A stretch of 64,000 nt of DNA, from NCBI GenBank assembly GCA_015064155.1, contig SVST01000015.1:7901-71900 (forward strand), written 5' to 3'. Both the position numbers and the translations under genes were made by a program. Below, one piece after another: positions 1 to 9,599 of the stretch. This stretch comes from Oscillospiraceae bacterium (GTDB lineage: Bacteria; Bacillota; Clostridia; Oscillospirales; CAG-272). The notes beneath the pieces were generated by a model. It ran no database searches. It was given only the letters and a program-made list of their open reading frames with translations, and was not told where the DNA came from. The stretch's first letter is position 1; each line of letters opens with the position of its first letter.

Positions 1-848
1 GAAACGTGTGCGTGCTCCGCGGTGGAAAGGAAGCCTTTTTCTCCTCTCACGCAATCGTGGATGCGTTGCGTAAGGGGCTGGAAAAGCTGGGACTTTCCCG
101 TTATTTCGTCAATATTTTGGATGACGTTTCGCGCGCAGGCGCGAACGAATTGATGACTGCTACCGATTACGTCGATCTGTTGATTCCGCGCGGCGGAGCC
201 GGCTTGATTCGCGCGTGTGTGGAAAACGCCAAGGTTCCTTGCATTCAAACGGGAACGGGAATCTGCCATATTTACGTAGACCGCGCGGCAGACTTGGAAA
301 TGGCATTGGATATTCTGGAAAATGCCAAAACAAGCCGTCCGTCGGTTTGTAACGCGGCAGAGGTTTGCTTGGTACACAAGGAGATTGCCGAGCAGTTTTT
401 GCCGATGCTTCGCGCGCGCTTGGTGGAAAAACGCGAAGAAAGCGGACTTTCCCCCGTAGAGCTGCGGCTTGATACGCGTTCCTCGCAAATAATCGACGGA
501 ACGGTAATGGGTGAGGATGATTTTGATACCGAATTTTTGAACTATATTTTGGCAGTGGGAATCGTAGACAGCACCTCGGATGCGGTGGCGCATATTGCCA
601 AGCATTCAACGCATCACAGCGAGGCAATCGTTACGAAGGATCCCGTGGCGGCGGACTTCTTCACGGCGGCAATTGACAGTGCCGCGGTTTACGTCAATGC
701 ATCGACGCGCTTTACCGACGGCGGAGAATTCGGTCTTGGCTGTGAGATCGGAATTTCCACGCAAAAGCTCCACGCCAGAGGTCCTATGGGGCTTAAGGAG
801 CTGACAACCTACAAATACGTAATTCGCGGAAACGGTCAGATTCGTTGA
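1..848 (+). CDS. proA: gamma-glutamyl phosphate reductase, C-terminal ~280 aa (5' end lies outside the window)
   Basis: The frame is open to the left edge. The translation carries ProA-type blocks ([24 protein letters not shown] with the catalytic Cys, C-terminal [12 protein letters not shown]). proC follows 19 nt downstream. Confidence 0.85.
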   Translation, partial: NVCVLRGGKEAFFSSHAIVDALRKGLEKLGLSRYFVNILDDVSRAGANELMTATDYVDLLIPRGGAGLIRACVENAKVPCIQTGTGICHIYVDRAADLEMALDILENAKTSRPSVCNAAEVCLVHKEIAEQFLPMLRARLVEKREESGLSPVELRLDTRSSQIIDGTVMGEDDFDTEFLNYILAVGIVDSTSDAVAHIAKHSTHHSEAIVTKDPVAADFFTAAIDSAAVYVNASTRFTDGGEFGLGCEIGISTQKLHARGPMGLKELTTYKYVIRGNGQIR

Positions 849-867
849 TCGGAAAGGGAAAAAGATT

Positions 868-1674
868 ATGAATACATTTGGATTTATCGGATGCGGAAAT
901 ATGGGAGGTGCTTTGGCACGTGCCGTGGCAAAACGCGTAGAGGGCAAGGCACTGCTGTTTTGCGATGCCGATCTTGCGAAGGCGGAGCAATTGGCATCCG
1001 AATTCGGTGCCTCCGCCACCGACGACGCGCGAGTGGTTGCCAATCGGTGCGACTGTATTTTTCTCGGTGTCAAGCCGCAGGGATTTGAAGCACTGTTTTC
1101 TTCGATTTCCTCGGTTTTGCAAGCGAGAACCGAGCCGTACGTTTTGATTTCCATGGCGGCAGGGCTGCCGATTGCACGTGTGCAAGCACTGGCAGGTGTG
1201 GAATGCCCGATCATTCGCATCATGCCGAATACCCCTGCGGCGGTGGGCGAGGGAATGATCCTTTATGCCGTAAACGCACAGGTAACCCCCGACATGACGG
1301 CAAGCTTTTGCGAAGCTCTTGCCGACGCGGGCGTTTTGGATGCGATTTCGGAGGAAAAGATCGACGCGGCAAGCGCACTTTCGGGATGCGGTCCCGCGTT
1401 CGTATATCTGTTCGCCGAGGCACTTTCAGACGGGGCAGTGGAATGCGGTCTTTCTCGCGAGCAGGCACTTTTGTACGCGGCACAGACCTTAAAGGGGGCG
1501 GCAGAATTGATGCTTCGCACGGGTCGGCATCCGGGACAGCTCAAGGATGCTGTTTGCAGTCCCGGCGGTACCACGATCGCAGGAGTTCATGCCTTGGAGG
1601 ATTGCGGATTTCGTGCAGCGGCAATGGGAGCTGTGGTTGCGGCATACGAGCGCACGCTGGAGCTGAAAAAGTAA
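868..1674 (+). CDS. proC: pyrroline-5-carboxylate reductase
   Basis: N-terminal Rossmann motif FIGCGNMGGAL, plus MPNTPAAVGEG, SGCGPAFVY and SPGGTT blocks. An RBS GGAAAGGGAAAAAG lies upstream. Confidence 0.9.
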   Translation: MNTFGFIGCGNMGGALARAVAKRVEGKALLFCDADLAKAEQLASEFGASATDDARVVANRCDCIFLGVKPQGFEALFSSISSVLQARTEPYVLISMAAGLPIARVQALAGVECPIIRIMPNTPAAVGEGMILYAVNAQVTPDMTASFCEALADAGVLDAISEEKIDAASALSGCGPAFVYLFAEALSDGAVECGLSREQALLYAAQTLKGAAELMLRTGRHPGQLKDAVCSPGGTTIAGVHALEDCGFRAAAMGAVVAAYERTLELKK

Positions 1675-1675
1675 G

Positions 1676-1720
1676 AAAAAAGCAGGTGTTATTCCGATTT
1701 ACGGAAAGCACCTGCTTTTC
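1676..1720. terminator. bidirectional intrinsic terminator between convergent proC and truB
   Basis: The stem AGCAGGTG (1681-1688) pairs with CACCTGCT (1709-1716). It is flanked by an A-run on the left and a T-run on the right. Confidence 0.75.
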
Positions 1721-1739
1721 TGTAAGGTATTATTTCGTT

Positions 1740-2669
1740 TTAATCGTTCAACGAAAAGGTTTTGATTGCCTTGATTGCGGTTCCGTTTTCGTATTCGCGC
1801 ACCTCGCCCAAGGCAAAAAATGCGCCGTTTTGGTCGCAGAGACGCACGCGTTCGCCAACCGCATATTGTACAGAGATCTTTTTTTGATAGATTTCACAGC
1901 CGCTACGGCACAGTCTTTCGTAAAAGGCGGGGAGATTTACTTGCGGACAGTCGGCAAAAAGGGACTCGGTAGGAATCAGCAACGAGAGTCTTTCTTCGGG
2001 CTCCATTGTCTCCAATTTCTCCACAGTGTGCGCAGTCTGCAGGGAAAAGCCACCGGCTTCGGTGCGTTCCAGGGTTGCCATCGCGCCGCCGCATCCGAGT
2101 AAGCTGCCGATATCGGCACATAGCGTACGGATATAGGTTCCGCCCGAGCAACACACGTCCAAGATATATTCGGTGTCACGCTCGGTGGGGGCTGCGGTCA
2201 GGTCGAATATTTCGATTTCACGGGGCTTTCGTTCAACCGTTACCCCTTGCCGTGCCAAGTCGACCAGCTTCTGCCCGTTGACCTTCAATGCGCTGTACAT
2301 CGGGGGAATTTGTTGGATTTTACCGCGAAATTTTGGCAAAACCGCCTTGATTTCTTCAAACGAGGGGATTCTTTCGGAGGTGGTAAGCGTCGTTCCCGTT
2401 ATGTCCTCGGTGTCGGTGGTGATGCCGAGGCGGAGCGTTGCGCGATACCGCTTGGATGCCGCTGTCAGATATTCGTCGGCTTTTGCGGCACGTCCAATCA
2501 ATACCACGAGCACACCGGTTGCCATGGGGTCAAGCGTTCCCGTGTGTCCTACGCGCCGTGTGCCGTACAATCGACGGATACGGTTGACGATATCGTGTGA
2601 GGTTGCGCCCGCGTGCTTGTTTATAATCAGCACACCGGACGGTTCTTTGACGTCTGCTTGCTTGCTCAT
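1740..2669 (-). CDS. truB: tRNA pseudouridine(55) synthase
   Basis: Contains the GHTGTLDPMATGVL catalytic-Asp motif. A PUA-like C-terminus is present. Confidence 0.9.
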   Translation of the reverse strand: MSKQADVKEPSGVLIINKHAGATSHDIVNRIRRLYGTRRVGHTGTLDPMATGVLVVLIGRAAKADEYLTAASKRYRATLRLGITTDTEDITGTTLTTSERIPSFEEIKAVLPKFRGKIQQIPPMYSALKVNGQKLVDLARQGVTVERKPREIEIFDLTAAPTERDTEYILDVCCSGGTYIRTLCADIGSLLGCGGAMATLERTEAGGFSLQTAHTVEKLETMEPEERLSLLIPTESLFADCPQVNLPAFYERLCRSGCEIYQKKISVQYAVGERVRLCDQNGAFFALGEVREYENGTAIKAIKTFSLND

Positions 2670-3241
2670 TCTATGATCAGATCCTCCAGTGCGCGCTTTT
2701 GGACGTAATGAATCCCGTTTTCGCGGTAATAGGTAACCGAGCCGTCCTCTGCGGCATCAACGATGCGCACCTCCTCGTCGGGCTTGCCGAGCGCCAACAC
2801 CAGCTGGGGACGCAACGAGGGAGAAAGATCCAGTGCGGAGGAGAGTTGCTCGGGGGAGAAGCTACCGATCATACAACCGCCAAAGTCGCATTCCGCCGCG
2901 GCAAGCATGATCGATTGCGCACAGATGCCTACGTCCTTCAAAAAGCTTTCTGCCACGGGGGTGACGTCGGTATCGGCACAGATCACCACGTACGCAGTGG
3001 GCGCGTGACCCTTTGGGGGGAGGCTAATATCCTTGAGCTTGCCTGCCCAACGGGTCAAGGGAAGTACCTTTTGGCACTCCTTTTCGGTATATACGATGCG
3101 AAATTTCAGCATTTGCAAATTGATGCTGGAGGGAGAAAGTCTTGCATGATCTACCCAATCGCACAGCTGCTCGCGTGAGATCTTGACCGATTCGTCAAAG
3201 CTTCGGTAGCTTCTGGAAGCCAAAATCAAATCCTTTAGCAT
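2666..3241 (-). CDS. nitroreductase-family protein
   Basis: The N-terminal SRSYRSF motif resembles the RRSxRxF motif of the nitroreductase fold, and the size is about 190 aa. Its stop overlaps the truB start by 4 nt. Confidence 0.6.
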   Translation of the reverse strand: MLKDLILASRSYRSFDESVKISREQLCDWVDHARLSPSSINLQMLKFRIVYTEKECQKVLPLTRWAGKLKDISLPPKGHAPTAYVVICADTDVTPVAESFLKDVGICAQSIMLAAAECDFGGCMIGSFSPEQLSSALDLSPSLRPQLVLALGKPDEEVRIVDAAEDGSVTYYRENGIHYVQKRALEDLIIE

Positions 3242-3254
3242 GTTAGCACTCCTT

Positions 3255-3902
3255 TTAAAAGCGAACCCATGCCGAAAAGATCACCTGACCCTTTTCGGAG
3301 AAATTTCGCTCGTACTCTGTCATAATATTATCGGGATTTTTTTCGGATGCATGCAGATTACGGGTCTGCCACTCAACGGTAAGTCCGGCTTCTGCAAACT
3401 GCTCCAGGCTGAAATCAAACAGTCCCTCGTTGTCGGTTTTCAGGCGAAGAAGACCGCCCTCTTTCAAAACGCTTCGGTAGAGCTCCAAAAAGCCAACGTG
3501 GGTCAAGCGACGCTTTGCATAGCCCTTTTTGGGCCACGGGTCGCTGAAATTGAGATAGATACAATCAATCGAATGTGGTAAAAACCACTCGGTCAGATTC
3601 TTTGCGTCCCCGATCAGAAACCGCAGATTATCGGGACGCTCCTCCTTGTGCGCCATTGCTTTTTCCAAGGCAAGGCAGGCAACGTCGGGCACTCGTTCCA
3701 TGGCGATAAAATTGTATTGCGGATATTTTGACGCCATACCAACCGCAAAATCTCCCTTGCCGCATCCGATTTCCAAATGGATGGGACGCTCCGAGGAGCA
3801 ATAGGTCATGGGATCAACGGCAGGTGTCGTTGGCTCGGCAATCAAAATTTCTGCGCAGGCGGCGATACGCTCGGCACCGTGCTTTTTTCTTCTCATTCTC
3901 AT
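3255..3902 (-). CDS. trmB: tRNA (guanine46-N7)-methyltransferase
   Basis: Contains the EIGCGKGDF SAM motif and the FSDPWPKK block. I chose the start at MRMRRKK (ATG 3902); the ORF track extends it to 3968. Confidence 0.85.
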   Translation of the reverse strand: MRMRRKKHGAERIAACAEILIAEPTTPAVDPMTYCSSERPIHLEIGCGKGDFAVGMASKYPQYNFIAMERVPDVACLALEKAMAHKEERPDNLRFLIGDAKNLTEWFLPHSIDCIYLNFSDPWPKKGYAKRRLTHVGFLELYRSVLKEGGLLRLKTDNEGLFDFSLEQFAEAGLTVEWQTRNLHASEKNPDNIMTEYERNFSEKGQVIFSAWVRF

Positions 3903-4012
3903 AGCGGTAACGTCCTTTCGGAAAAATCTCTTACCATTATAGCAGATTTTTCTCTCTTTTGCAATCATTTTCTTGTAATTTCAAAAATAATGCTTTTTTA
4001 GTGCTTTTTTTG

Positions 4013-4696
4013 TCAGGGCTTTAACGCGTATTGCAGCTTGGAGAGCGCATTTTTTTCAATGCGGGAAACGTAAGAACGGGAGATTCCCAATGCAGCGGCA
4101 ATCTCGCGCTGCGTTTTTTCTTCGATTCCGCCGATCCCGTAGCGCATCGTCAAAATTTGCTTCTCGCGAGGCGACAGGCAGGTATCGATACAGCGTAGCA
4201 TTTTTTCGGTGAGAATTTTTTTATCGGTTTCCTCTGCAATATCCTCCTCGCTGCAAATGACGTCCATGTAGGTCAGAGGGTTGCCGTCGCGATCAACGTC
4301 GATGGTTTCGTTGATCGAAACCTCCATGGAGCGTTTTTTCTGTGCGCGAAAATACATCAAAATTTCATTTTGAATACATTTTGCTCCGTAGGTGGCAAAG
4401 CGTGCGCCGTTGGTTACGCGAAACGTGTCCACGGCTTTTACAAGTCCGATGGTTCCGATCGAAACCAGGTCTTCCTGATTTTTTGCGGTGGAGTAGTACT
4501 TGCGAACGATATGGGAAACCAGGCGCAGATTATGAAGGATCAGCTTTTGCCGCGCGTCTTCATCACCGGAGGCAGCCCTTTGAAAGCATTCCCGTTCCTC
4601 CGCGTCGGATAACGGCGGTGGAAATTTTTGCGGTGTTCCGATGCCGAGTATCAAATGCATGACCCTTGTCAGAAGTGCAAACAGAGTAAGAAGCAT
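4013..4696 (-). CDS. sigK: sporulation sigma factor, pro-sigma-K type
   Basis: A hydrophobic pro-peptide (MLLTLFALLTRVMHLILG) is followed by FPPPLS, as in Bacillus subtilis pro-sigma-K (FPQPLS). Also present: NLRLVSHIVRKY, ATYGAKCIQNEILMYFR and ISRSYVSRIEKNAL. The gene stands alone with no spoIIGA or sigG neighbours. ATG at 4696 has the RBS GGGAGGA. SigE cannot be fully excluded. Confidence 0.7.
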   Translation of the reverse strand: MLLTLFALLTRVMHLILGIGTPQKFPPPLSDAEERECFQRAASGDEDARQKLILHNLRLVSHIVRKYYSTAKNQEDLVSIGTIGLVKAVDTFRVTNGARFATYGAKCIQNEILMYFRAQKKRSMEVSINETIDVDRDGNPLTYMDVICSEEDIAEETDKKILTEKMLRCIDTCLSPREKQILTMRYGIGGIEEKTQREIAAALGISRSYVSRIEKNALSKLQYALKP

Positions 4697-4817
4697 GATT
4701 CCGTCCTCCCGTCGGTTTGGATTGCTCCAATATATGACGGAATCTTTTTGTTTTTGCTTGTACGGCTTTTTTTGTAGAAAACGAAAGCGGTTTTTGCGCT
4801 TTTTTTTCGGGGTTTTC

Positions 4818-4846
4818 TTGACATCGCAGGATCTGTGTGATATACT
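4818..4846 (+). promoter_or_regulatory. sigma-A type promoter for the PFK gene
   Basis: TTGACA (4818-4823), a 17-nt spacer ending in TGa, then TATACT (4841-4846). Confidence 0.6.
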
Positions 4847-4881
4847 GAATAGGAAAGAACAAAACAACAAGGAGAATGCAA

Positions 4882-6114
4882 ATGAAAAAACTTATTGGAA
4901 ATGCAGTGGTTGGACAAAGCGGAGGTCCTACGGCGGCAATCAACGCTACTCTCAGCGGTGTCATCCGCGGCGTTCAGAATGGCGAAGGATGCATCAAAAC
5001 GCTGTATGGAATGCGCAACGGTGTGGAAGGCTTGATGAAAAAGGATCTGTTGGATCTGACGAAATTTTTTGATACCGAGGAGAAGCTTTCTCTCTTGGAG
5101 CATACCCCCGCGGCGGCACTCGGCTCTTGCCGTAAAAAGCTTCCGAAGCCCGGAGAAAACGATGCCTTCTATGAAGAAATGATCGCGATTTTCCGTGAAT
5201 TTGACATTCGTTATTTCTTCTACATCGGCGGAAACGACTCTATGGATACCGTATCCAAGCTGTCGGCATACACCGCAAAATGCGGCTACGAGATGGTTAT
5301 CATGGGCGTTCCGAAAACCATTGATAACGACTTGGTTGGAACCGACCATACTCCCGGCTTCGGCTCTGCGGCAAAGTATATCGCAATTACCGCCCAGGAA
5401 ATCATTCGGGACTGCGCGGTTTACCGCGTTCCCGCCGTTACGATCATCGAGATCATGGGTCGCGATGCCGGCTGGCTGACCGCGGCTTCGGCAATCGGTC
5501 GCGTGGTGAACGGAATTGAGCCCGATCTCGTTTATCTACCCGAGCGTGTATTTGATATGGAGAGCTTCTTCTCCGACGTCCGCGCGGCATTGGACAAGCA
5601 TCCCAACGTGGTTGTTGCGGTTTCCGAGGGAATTCGCTTTGCCGACGGCAGATACGTTGGCGAGGGGACGCAGACCGGTGCTACCGATGCGTTCGGACAC
5701 GCTTACCTGGCAGGCACGGGTAAGGCTTTGGAGCTGGCTGTGAAGGCGGAGATCGGCTGTAAGGTTCGTTCGATCGAATTGAATCTGCCTCAACGCTGTG
5801 CAGCACACGCGGCGTCGCAAACTGACCTTTCCGAGTCGGTACGCATCGGTGCATCTGCAGTGGCTGCGGCAGAGAACGGTGTGACCGGCGCGATGGTGAC
5901 GGTTACGAGAACTTGCGAGGAGCCGTATACCGTCCGGATCGGACATTCCGACGTTTCCCTGATTGCCAACCGCATCCGCTTTGTCGATGATGCGTTTATC
6001 AACGAAGCGGGGAATCACGTAACCGATGCTTGCTGTCGGTATTTGTTGCCCTTGATTCAGGGTGAGCCCGCGGTGTCTTACGTAAACGGCTTGCCGCAGC
6101 ATCTGATTCTTTGA
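4882..6114 (+). CDS. 6-phosphofructokinase, long PfkA-family form with a PPi-type signature
   Basis: Contains GQSGGPTAAINA, IGGNDS, PKTIDNDL and MGRDAGWL blocks. I preferred ATG 4882 over 4876 because of its spacing to GGAGA (4871-4875). Confidence 0.8.
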   Translation: MKKLIGNAVVGQSGGPTAAINATLSGVIRGVQNGEGCIKTLYGMRNGVEGLMKKDLLDLTKFFDTEEKLSLLEHTPAAALGSCRKKLPKPGENDAFYEEMIAIFREFDIRYFFYIGGNDSMDTVSKLSAYTAKCGYEMVIMGVPKTIDNDLVGTDHTPGFGSAAKYIAITAQEIIRDCAVYRVPAVTIIEIMGRDAGWLTAASAIGRVVNGIEPDLVYLPERVFDMESFFSDVRAALDKHPNVVVAVSEGIRFADGRYVGEGTQTGATDAFGHAYLAGTGKALELAVKAEIGCKVRSIELNLPQRCAAHAASQTDLSESVRIGASAVAAAENGVTGAMVTVTRTCEEPYTVRIGHSDVSLIANRIRFVDDAFINEAGNHVTDACCRYLLPLIQGEPAVSYVNGLPQHLIL

Positions 6115-6133
6115 TAAAAAAACGAGGTACGGT

Positions 6134-6892
6134 ATGAAAATTGCGGTGATAACGGGCGCATCGTCCGGAATGGGAAAGGAATTCGTCGTACAGCTTGCAC
6201 GTGAAAAAAGCTTCGATGAAATATGGGTGATTGCGCGCCGTCTGGATCGATTGGAGGCACTGCAATCCGAGGTCAGCACAAAAATTCGCCCGATTTCCTT
6301 GGATCTGACAAAAGAGGAAAGTATCGCGGAATACAGCGCGATGCTGGAGCGTGAAAAGCCCGTGGTGGACGTGATGGTGAATGCCAGCGGATTCGGTCGC
6401 TTCGGAACCTTTTCGGACATGGAGCTTGAAACCATGTATCGCATGATCGATCTCAACAGCAAGGCATACGTCGGGATGACCTATGCAACGCTTCCGTATC
6501 TGACGCAGGGAAGTGAGGTTTACCAGTTGGATTCCTTGTCCTCCTTCCAGCCCGTTCCGTATATCTGCGTGTACGGTGCGACAAAGGCTTTCGTGCTCAG
6601 CTTCAGCCGCGCACTTAACGTCGAGCTGAAATCGCGCGGAATTCACATGATGGCGGTTTGTCCGGGATGGGTCAAAACCGAGTTTTTCGACCATGCCGTA
6701 ACCGATGACACCATCACGTATTACAACAAGTTTTTCACTCCCGAGCAGGTTATTACACGCGCGATACGCGACATGAAGAAACGAAAGGACGTGTCAATTT
6801 GCGGCTTTTCGGTTCGTGCGCAGGTGCTTCTTACCAAGCTGTTGCCGCATCGGCTGATTATGAAAATCTGGTGCAAGCAGCAGAAAAAGTAA
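6134..6892 (+). CDS. short-chain dehydrogenase/reductase (SDR) family oxidoreductase
   Basis: Contains the TGASSGMG cofactor motif and the YGATK catalytic YxxxK motif. Confidence 0.8.
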   Translation: MKIAVITGASSGMGKEFVVQLAREKSFDEIWVIARRLDRLEALQSEVSTKIRPISLDLTKEESIAEYSAMLEREKPVVDVMVNASGFGRFGTFSDMELETMYRMIDLNSKAYVGMTYATLPYLTQGSEVYQLDSLSSFQPVPYICVYGATKAFVLSFSRALNVELKSRGIHMMAVCPGWVKTEFFDHAVTDDTITYYNKFFTPEQVITRAIRDMKKRKDVSICGFSVRAQVLLTKLLPHRLIMKIWCKQQKK

Positions 6893-6939
6893 GACGGGCA
6901 GAATCTTGAAAAAAGTCAATTTACAAAAGGAAAATAACG

Positions 6940-7764
6940 ATGGAAATATTTACTCGCAAAATAGAGATAAACGGACAAAGCGTCGATCTGCACGCTTATA
7001 TTCCGGAGCCGATTGAATGTGCGGTCTACCATCAGAAGCGTCCTGCAGTGATCGTTTTTCCGGGAGGCGCGTACCGAGGCACCGCACAGCACGAGGGAGA
7101 GCCGATCGCTCTGCAGTACGTGGCGGCGGGAGCTTGCGCGTTCGTACTCAAATACAGTGTCTATCCCGCGCGATTTCCGCAGGCTCTCCTGGAGGCTTTC
7201 GAGTCGATTCGTTACGTGCGGGAGCATGCCGAGGAGTTTTGTATCGACCCATGTGCCATCTCGGTTTGCGGGTTCTCCGCAGGCGGACATTTGGCAGGGT
7301 GTACCGGAACGCTTTGGAATCATGCGTTTTTTGACGGGCTTTTGGAAAAGGACCGTCACATTTACCGCCCCGATAGCCTGATTTTGTGTTACCCCGTGAT
7401 CGGAGATCGGTTCCACCACAATTCGATGCTCAATCTTTTTGAGAAGAACGAGGACGAGCTGACCGAGGATTGCTTGCAGCTTTTGGAGCTGGAAACGCAG
7501 GTTGACGAGCAAACACCTCCCACCTTCTTGTGGCATAATTTCGGAGATACGGGCGTTCCGTGTGAAGCGTCCTTGTGCTTTGCCTCGGCACTGTACCGCC
7601 ACGGTGTGCCGTGTGAATTGCATCTTTACAGCGAGGGCAAGCACGGCTGCGCTCTTGGCACTTACGTAACGGGCAAATTTTCTTACCGCAACGGTATGGT
7701 TTGTGAGAGCTGGATGAAGCTTTCCGTCGATTTCATCTACCGCTTTTACGAGCAAAGCTTGTGA
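6940..7764 (+). CDS. alpha/beta hydrolase (esterase/lipase-like)
   Basis: Contains the GFSAGGH nucleophile elbow (GxSxG) and an upstream FPGGAY oxyanion-like block. Confidence 0.7.
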   Translation: MEIFTRKIEINGQSVDLHAYIPEPIECAVYHQKRPAVIVFPGGAYRGTAQHEGEPIALQYVAAGACAFVLKYSVYPARFPQALLEAFESIRYVREHAEEFCIDPCAISVCGFSAGGHLAGCTGTLWNHAFFDGLLEKDRHIYRPDSLILCYPVIGDRFHHNSMLNLFEKNEDELTEDCLQLLELETQVDEQTPPTFLWHNFGDTGVPCEASLCFASALYRHGVPCELHLYSEGKHGCALGTYVTGKFSYRNGMVCESWMKLSVDFIYRFYEQSL

Positions 7765-7835
7765 TCTTGGATCTAAAACCACGTTTTTTTGCTTTGACGT
7801 CAAAAAATACTTTTTTCACGTTTTTTGCGTCGTAC

Positions 7836-7865
7836 TTGCATTTTTTGTCGATTTTGTGGTATAGT
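7836..7865 (+). promoter_or_regulatory. sigma-A type promoter for pncB
   Basis: TTGCAT (7836-7841), an 18-nt spacer ending in TGg, then TATAGT (7860-7865). Confidence 0.5.
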
Positions 7866-7907
7866 ATGATTAAATTTTGACGATATCCCGATAAGGAGAA
7901 ACTTGTG

Positions 7908-9365
7908 ATGAAGGATTTATCCAGAAATCTTACCATGCTTTGTGACTTTTACGAGCTGACGATGAGCAACGGGTATTTTCAGTGCGGACTGAAGGATCGT
8001 ATCGTATACTTCGACGTGTTCTATCGCAACAATCCCGATAACGGCGGTTTTGCCGTGGTTGCGGGACTTGAGCAGGTTATTGACTACGTCAATCAGCTGC
8101 ATTTCGATGAGGACGATATTACGTATCTGCGTTCCAAAAATTGCTTTTCCGAGGAGTTTTTGGACTTTTTGCGCGACTTTACATTCGAGGGAGATATTTG
8201 GGCAATTCCCGAGGGAACTGTGGTTTTCCCCGGAGAACCCTTGATGATCGTTCGCGGACGTGCCATTGAAGCTCAGTTCATCGAAACCTACGTTTTGATG
8301 ATGCTCAATCATCAATCGTTGATTGCAACCAAGGCGGCTCGCTTGACCCGCGCCGCAAAGGGACGTGCGATCAGCGAGTTTGGCTCCAGACGTGCGCAGG
8401 GTGCCGATGCGGCAATGCTCGGTGCGCGTGCGGCATACATAGGAGGCTGTAACGCAACTGCGTGTACCATTACCGATCAAGCCTACGGCGTACCTGCTAC
8501 GGGAACGATGGCACACTCCTGGGTGCAGATGTTTGACACCGAATACGAGGCGTTCAAGACCTACTGCGAGATTTACCCGAACAATGCAACGCTGCTCGTA
8601 GATACCTTCAACGTGTTGGAATCGGGTATTCCCAACGCGATCCGCGCTTTCAATGAGGTTCTCGCTCCCAAGGGAATCAGAACGTGCGGCATTCGTATCG
8701 ATTCGGGTGACGTAACCTATCTGACCAAAAAGGCGCGCCGGATGCTGGACGAAGCGGGCTGGACCGAGTGTAAGATCGTCATTTCCAATTCGTTGGATGA
8801 ATACATTATCCGTGAATTGATCCGTCAGGGTGCGGAGGTCGACGGATTTGGTGTGGGTGAGCGTTTGATCACAGCGAAGAGCGACCCCGTTTTTGGCGGT
8901 GTGTATAAGCTTTGCGCCGTTGAGAAAGACGACGGAACCATTCTGCCCAAGATCAAAATCAGCGAAAACGTCGGAAAGATTACCACTCCGCATTTCAAAA
9001 AGGTGTACCGCTTGCGCGGTCGGGATACCGGCAAGGCAGAGGCGGATCTGATCTGCTTGTGGGACGAAATCTTGGACGATACCAAGCCGATTGAGTTGTT
9101 CGATCCCGAGCATACCTGGAAACGCAAGCTGCTGGAGAACTATACCGCAACCGAGCTTTTGGTGCCGATTTTCAAAAAGGGAAAGCAGGTATACGAGGTG
9201 CCCGCACTTGCCGACGTCCGTCAGCATTGCAAGGACGAGATAGAGGGAATGTGGGAGGAAATTCGCCGCTTTACCAACCCGCACAATTATTACGTTGACC
9301 TTTCGCAAAAGCTTTGGGATATCAAGCATGATATGCTAAAGGCGCACAGCGGACAGAAAAAATAA
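7908..9365 (+). CDS. pncB: nicotinate phosphoribosyltransferase
   Basis: The N-terminal MLCDFYELTM block and the ~485-aa length match the type-II PRTase architecture. ATG 7908 (or GTG 7905) follows AAGGAG. Confidence 0.85.
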   Translation: MKDLSRNLTMLCDFYELTMSNGYFQCGLKDRIVYFDVFYRNNPDNGGFAVVAGLEQVIDYVNQLHFDEDDITYLRSKNCFSEEFLDFLRDFTFEGDIWAIPEGTVVFPGEPLMIVRGRAIEAQFIETYVLMMLNHQSLIATKAARLTRAAKGRAISEFGSRRAQGADAAMLGARAAYIGGCNATACTITDQAYGVPATGTMAHSWVQMFDTEYEAFKTYCEIYPNNATLLVDTFNVLESGIPNAIRAFNEVLAPKGIRTCGIRIDSGDVTYLTKKARRMLDEAGWTECKIVISNSLDEYIIRELIRQGAEVDGFGVGERLITAKSDPVFGGVYKLCAVEKDDGTILPKIKISENVGKITTPHFKKVYRLRGRDTGKAEADLICLWDEILDDTKPIELFDPEHTWKRKLLENYTATELLVPIFKKGKQVYEVPALADVRQHCKDEIEGMWEEIRRFTNPHNYYVDLSQKLWDIKHDMLKAHSGQKK

Positions 9366-9394
9366 GGATTTGACACAGTGCTTGTCAAGAACAA

Positions 9395-9431
9395 AGGACG
9401 TAGAACGCAAAAACATTCTATGTCCTTTTTC
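9395..9431 (+). terminator. intrinsic terminator after pncB
   Basis: The stem AGGACGTAGAA (9395-9405) pairs with TTCTATGTCCT (9416-9426) with one G-U pair. A T-run follows. Confidence 0.75.
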
Positions 9432-9495
9432 TGTCTGCAGGGATAAATTTCCGATAAAAAATATGAAAAAAAACAAAAAAAATTATGAAAAACTA

Positions 9496-9524
9496 TTGGA
9501 ATTCTTTAATATATATGTTATAAT
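9496..9524 (+). promoter_or_regulatory. sigma-A type promoter for cdaA
   Basis: TTGGAA (9496-9501), a 17-nt spacer ending in TGt, then TATAAT (9519-9524). It sits in an AT-rich intergenic region. Confidence 0.55.
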
Positions 9525-9599
9525 AAATAAAAGTTTCGCAAAAAAGTGCGGACGGTGATCGGAAAATGACGGGTAGAAAGTGAGGTTGCAATCAGAAGC

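Noticed and set aside
4729-4736. The CATATATT element (minus strand) as a sigma-E/sigma-K promoter for sigK
   Set aside because: The -10-like match is acceptable, but I could not find a convincing -35 element (kmATATT, or AC at the right spacing). It is too weak to annotate as a feature.
9370-9558. A 62-aa ORF in the AT-rich pncB-cdaA spacer
   Set aside because: It spans the pncB terminator hairpin and the cdaA promoter, has no RBS, and its Lys/Asn-rich composition simply reflects AT-rich DNA.
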